Shown piece by piece: positions 61,887 to 64,000 of a stretch of 64,000 nucleotides of DNA. How positions within the stretch are numbered: the first letter of the stretch is position 1; every line of letters begins with the position of its first letter. The position numbers and the translations under genes were made by a program. The stretch spans positions 72,106,001-72,170,000 of the forward strand of contig OX597815.1 in assembly GCA_951406725.2 (NCBI GenBank), read 5' to 3'. Under the pieces are notes generated by a model. The model did not search any database. It saw only the letters and a list, made by a program, of their open reading frames with translations, and was not told the DNA's origin. Source of the stretch: Octopus vulgaris. Taxonomy: Eukaryota.

Positions 61887-62968
61887 CAGATATAATTTTT
61901 TTAATCAGTTGGACACATTAATTTTACTTAAATTCTCTAGAGCAAGAAGAGGGGGAAATTCCATGTTGCAACTAATGTAGCTCAAAATATACTTCACTTC
62001 TAAGAACTGTATGAGGTTTGTTAGGGTCAAAGCTTGTAAAGGATTGTGGTTCATTTTTAATTTATTAGTCTATTTTATCAACTACCGAATTTAAGGCTAG
62101 AGGACAGTGTCTGTTTAGAATGGATAGACGGAGTGAGTTGATAGTTTATAGTTGGGTATAGTCATAAATATTGTCAGGATTTTCGGAAATGTGTAAATAA
62201 TTGTCTATAAAGGAGGCTGGGTAGGGGAAGACCCTAAATCAAGATGTTAATTACCAGTTAAAGAGGCAAGACGCTAATAAAACCTATGATGTTAATACAG
62301 AGGAAATTATCATGGGGTACAATGGATGATTGCATATTAACAATATTATTATGTTGTATGAAGATAAAATTTAAGATTACTAAAAATGGTATTATAACCA
62401 GAATAGATAAACTGTATATATACCAATTTTCAACATTAGAAAGGGAAGATTACATAGAATTAGTTTAATATTCATTCATGTATTTACTTATAAGGTGGTT
62501 TCTATAAAGATTACTCTGGGTATTTACTTGTGGAATACTGGGGCGATAAATCATGCTATCTTTATTTTAATTGTAAGCTAAGAATCAGAAAAAATCGGAA
62601 AAATAAGTTGTGTACAGATACATACACATATTTAGCTATGTGCACACATGTAAATATATACAAAAATTTGTACTTTATTATGAGTATGTTATAATCAACT
62701 CTTCTAGACTTAAGTATCCAGAAAATTTACATTTCTCTTAAAGAACATTAATAACTTATAAGAGATAAGAAAGAGGTAAATAGGTAAAGGTATCAAAATA
62801 AGCAAACATAATAATAAGAAATTATAGAGAATAGTAAGAAAATATATATAACTTACTAATGAGCTACATTGGTAGCAACATGGACCTTTTCCCCCTTCTT
62901 GCTCTATTAGAGAATTTAAGTAAAATTATATTAATGTGTCCAACTGATTGAAACAATTCTATTTGTTT

Positions 62969-63056
62969 ATGCAGCTGAGGATAGCCCTGCATTTAAATTG
63001 ACGTAATGATTGCATTGTTCAATTAAATGGAGCCGCTTGAAACGGTCGTGCTGCAT
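62969..63056 (+). ncRNA. Type I hammerhead motif with non-cleavable GUG triplet
   Basis: ATGCAG CTGAGGA TAGC...GCTT GAAAC GGTC GTG CTGCAT. Confidence 0.7.
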
Positions 63057-63170
63057 CACCTCTTGATATCCTGTTGCTTATTTTGATTTTATTCACTTTA
63101 CTTTGGGTTGTACAGACAATACAACACTGACTTGGTGCTTCAATTTAAGTACCTAATTCAACTGAATCTC

Positions 63171-63235
<65 letters not shown>

Positions 63236-64000
63236 CATACATACATACATACATACATACATACATACATACATACATACATACATACATACATACATAC
63301 ATACATACATACATACATACATACAGACAGACATGCATACATACATACATATAAATGTGTGCATAATACTCACATACATACAACCACATACACACACACA
63401 TACATATCTAGCTATGTATATATGAGTAATACATACTCTGTCTTCCAAAACTGTGTTCCATATTCTATAAGTCAGGCTGTGACCCAAGTCAAAATGTATT
63501 TTGTTTGTCAAAAATTCTTTATGAAGCACTTTTCTAGTAACATCTCGCAAGTTTAGACGGCTTGTAAAAATGCTCCAGGCGTATAAGACACACGTATTTG
63601 ATTTTTTAAAATCGCCACGCGTCTAATGCAGCCACATTAAGGATAGGAAACGAAACACCATAGTGAAGGGAGCAGGTTGAGCCGAAATCCATTTGGTCTT
63701 GATAATTGTTACCAATAAATGTAATTGGGGACAAGCCAGAATATTACTGGCTATTGGCTTGCAATATTATATGATTCGTATGCTGTTATATGGGGACGTC
63801 ATATCGTCTCATTATTCTTCCTTCTCCAGCATGTATAATCCATCTCTGATGTATGTTTTACATTATTCAATGGCTACGTTACATTTAATAAACATTTTTT
63901 TTTATTGTCGCGGACCAGTACCGGGTCGCGGACTAGTACCAGGCCGTGTGTCATTTTGTACCGAGTCGTAGAGAAAGAATAAACTTTTAGGTTTTATTTC

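Larger units (their letters stand above)
61770..63171. mobile_element. Non-coding ~1.4-kb element in (TA)n with ~215-bp inverted repeats, each holding a hammerhead (Penelope-derived)
   Basis: 61770-61984 is inverted at 62860-63086, with (TA)n at both ends. Confidence 0.82.

Overview
AT-rich, microsatellite-saturated eukaryotic DNA. The SINE families look like those of a coleoid cephalopod (Octopus-like), but this is pattern recognition, not a database result. I found no host protein-coding exon that I can support, and almost all listed ORFs are translated simple repeats. The window is a nested retroelement landscape. It holds two R4/Dong-type RLE LINE remnants, a Tx1-like LINE, a young 5'-truncated CR1-like LINE with an uninterrupted RT frame, and a decayed Penelope-like element (RT + GIY-YIG). 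It also holds a rearranged second Penelope-like GIY-YIG locus, mariner remnants, a non-autonomous Helitron, Helentron/HINE-like elements, several MITEs and dozens of tRNA-derived SINEs. The most notable signal is not in the ORF track: about a dozen hand-folded type I hammerhead ribozyme motifs (intact, variant or degenerate). They sit in short non-coding elements embedded mainly in (TA)n tracts, arranged as fold-backs, back-to-back pairs, inverted termini or a 442-bp retrozyme-like tandem unit. A separate set of elements uses (TAA)n tracts. All folds and alignments were done by eye, and element boundaries are approximate.
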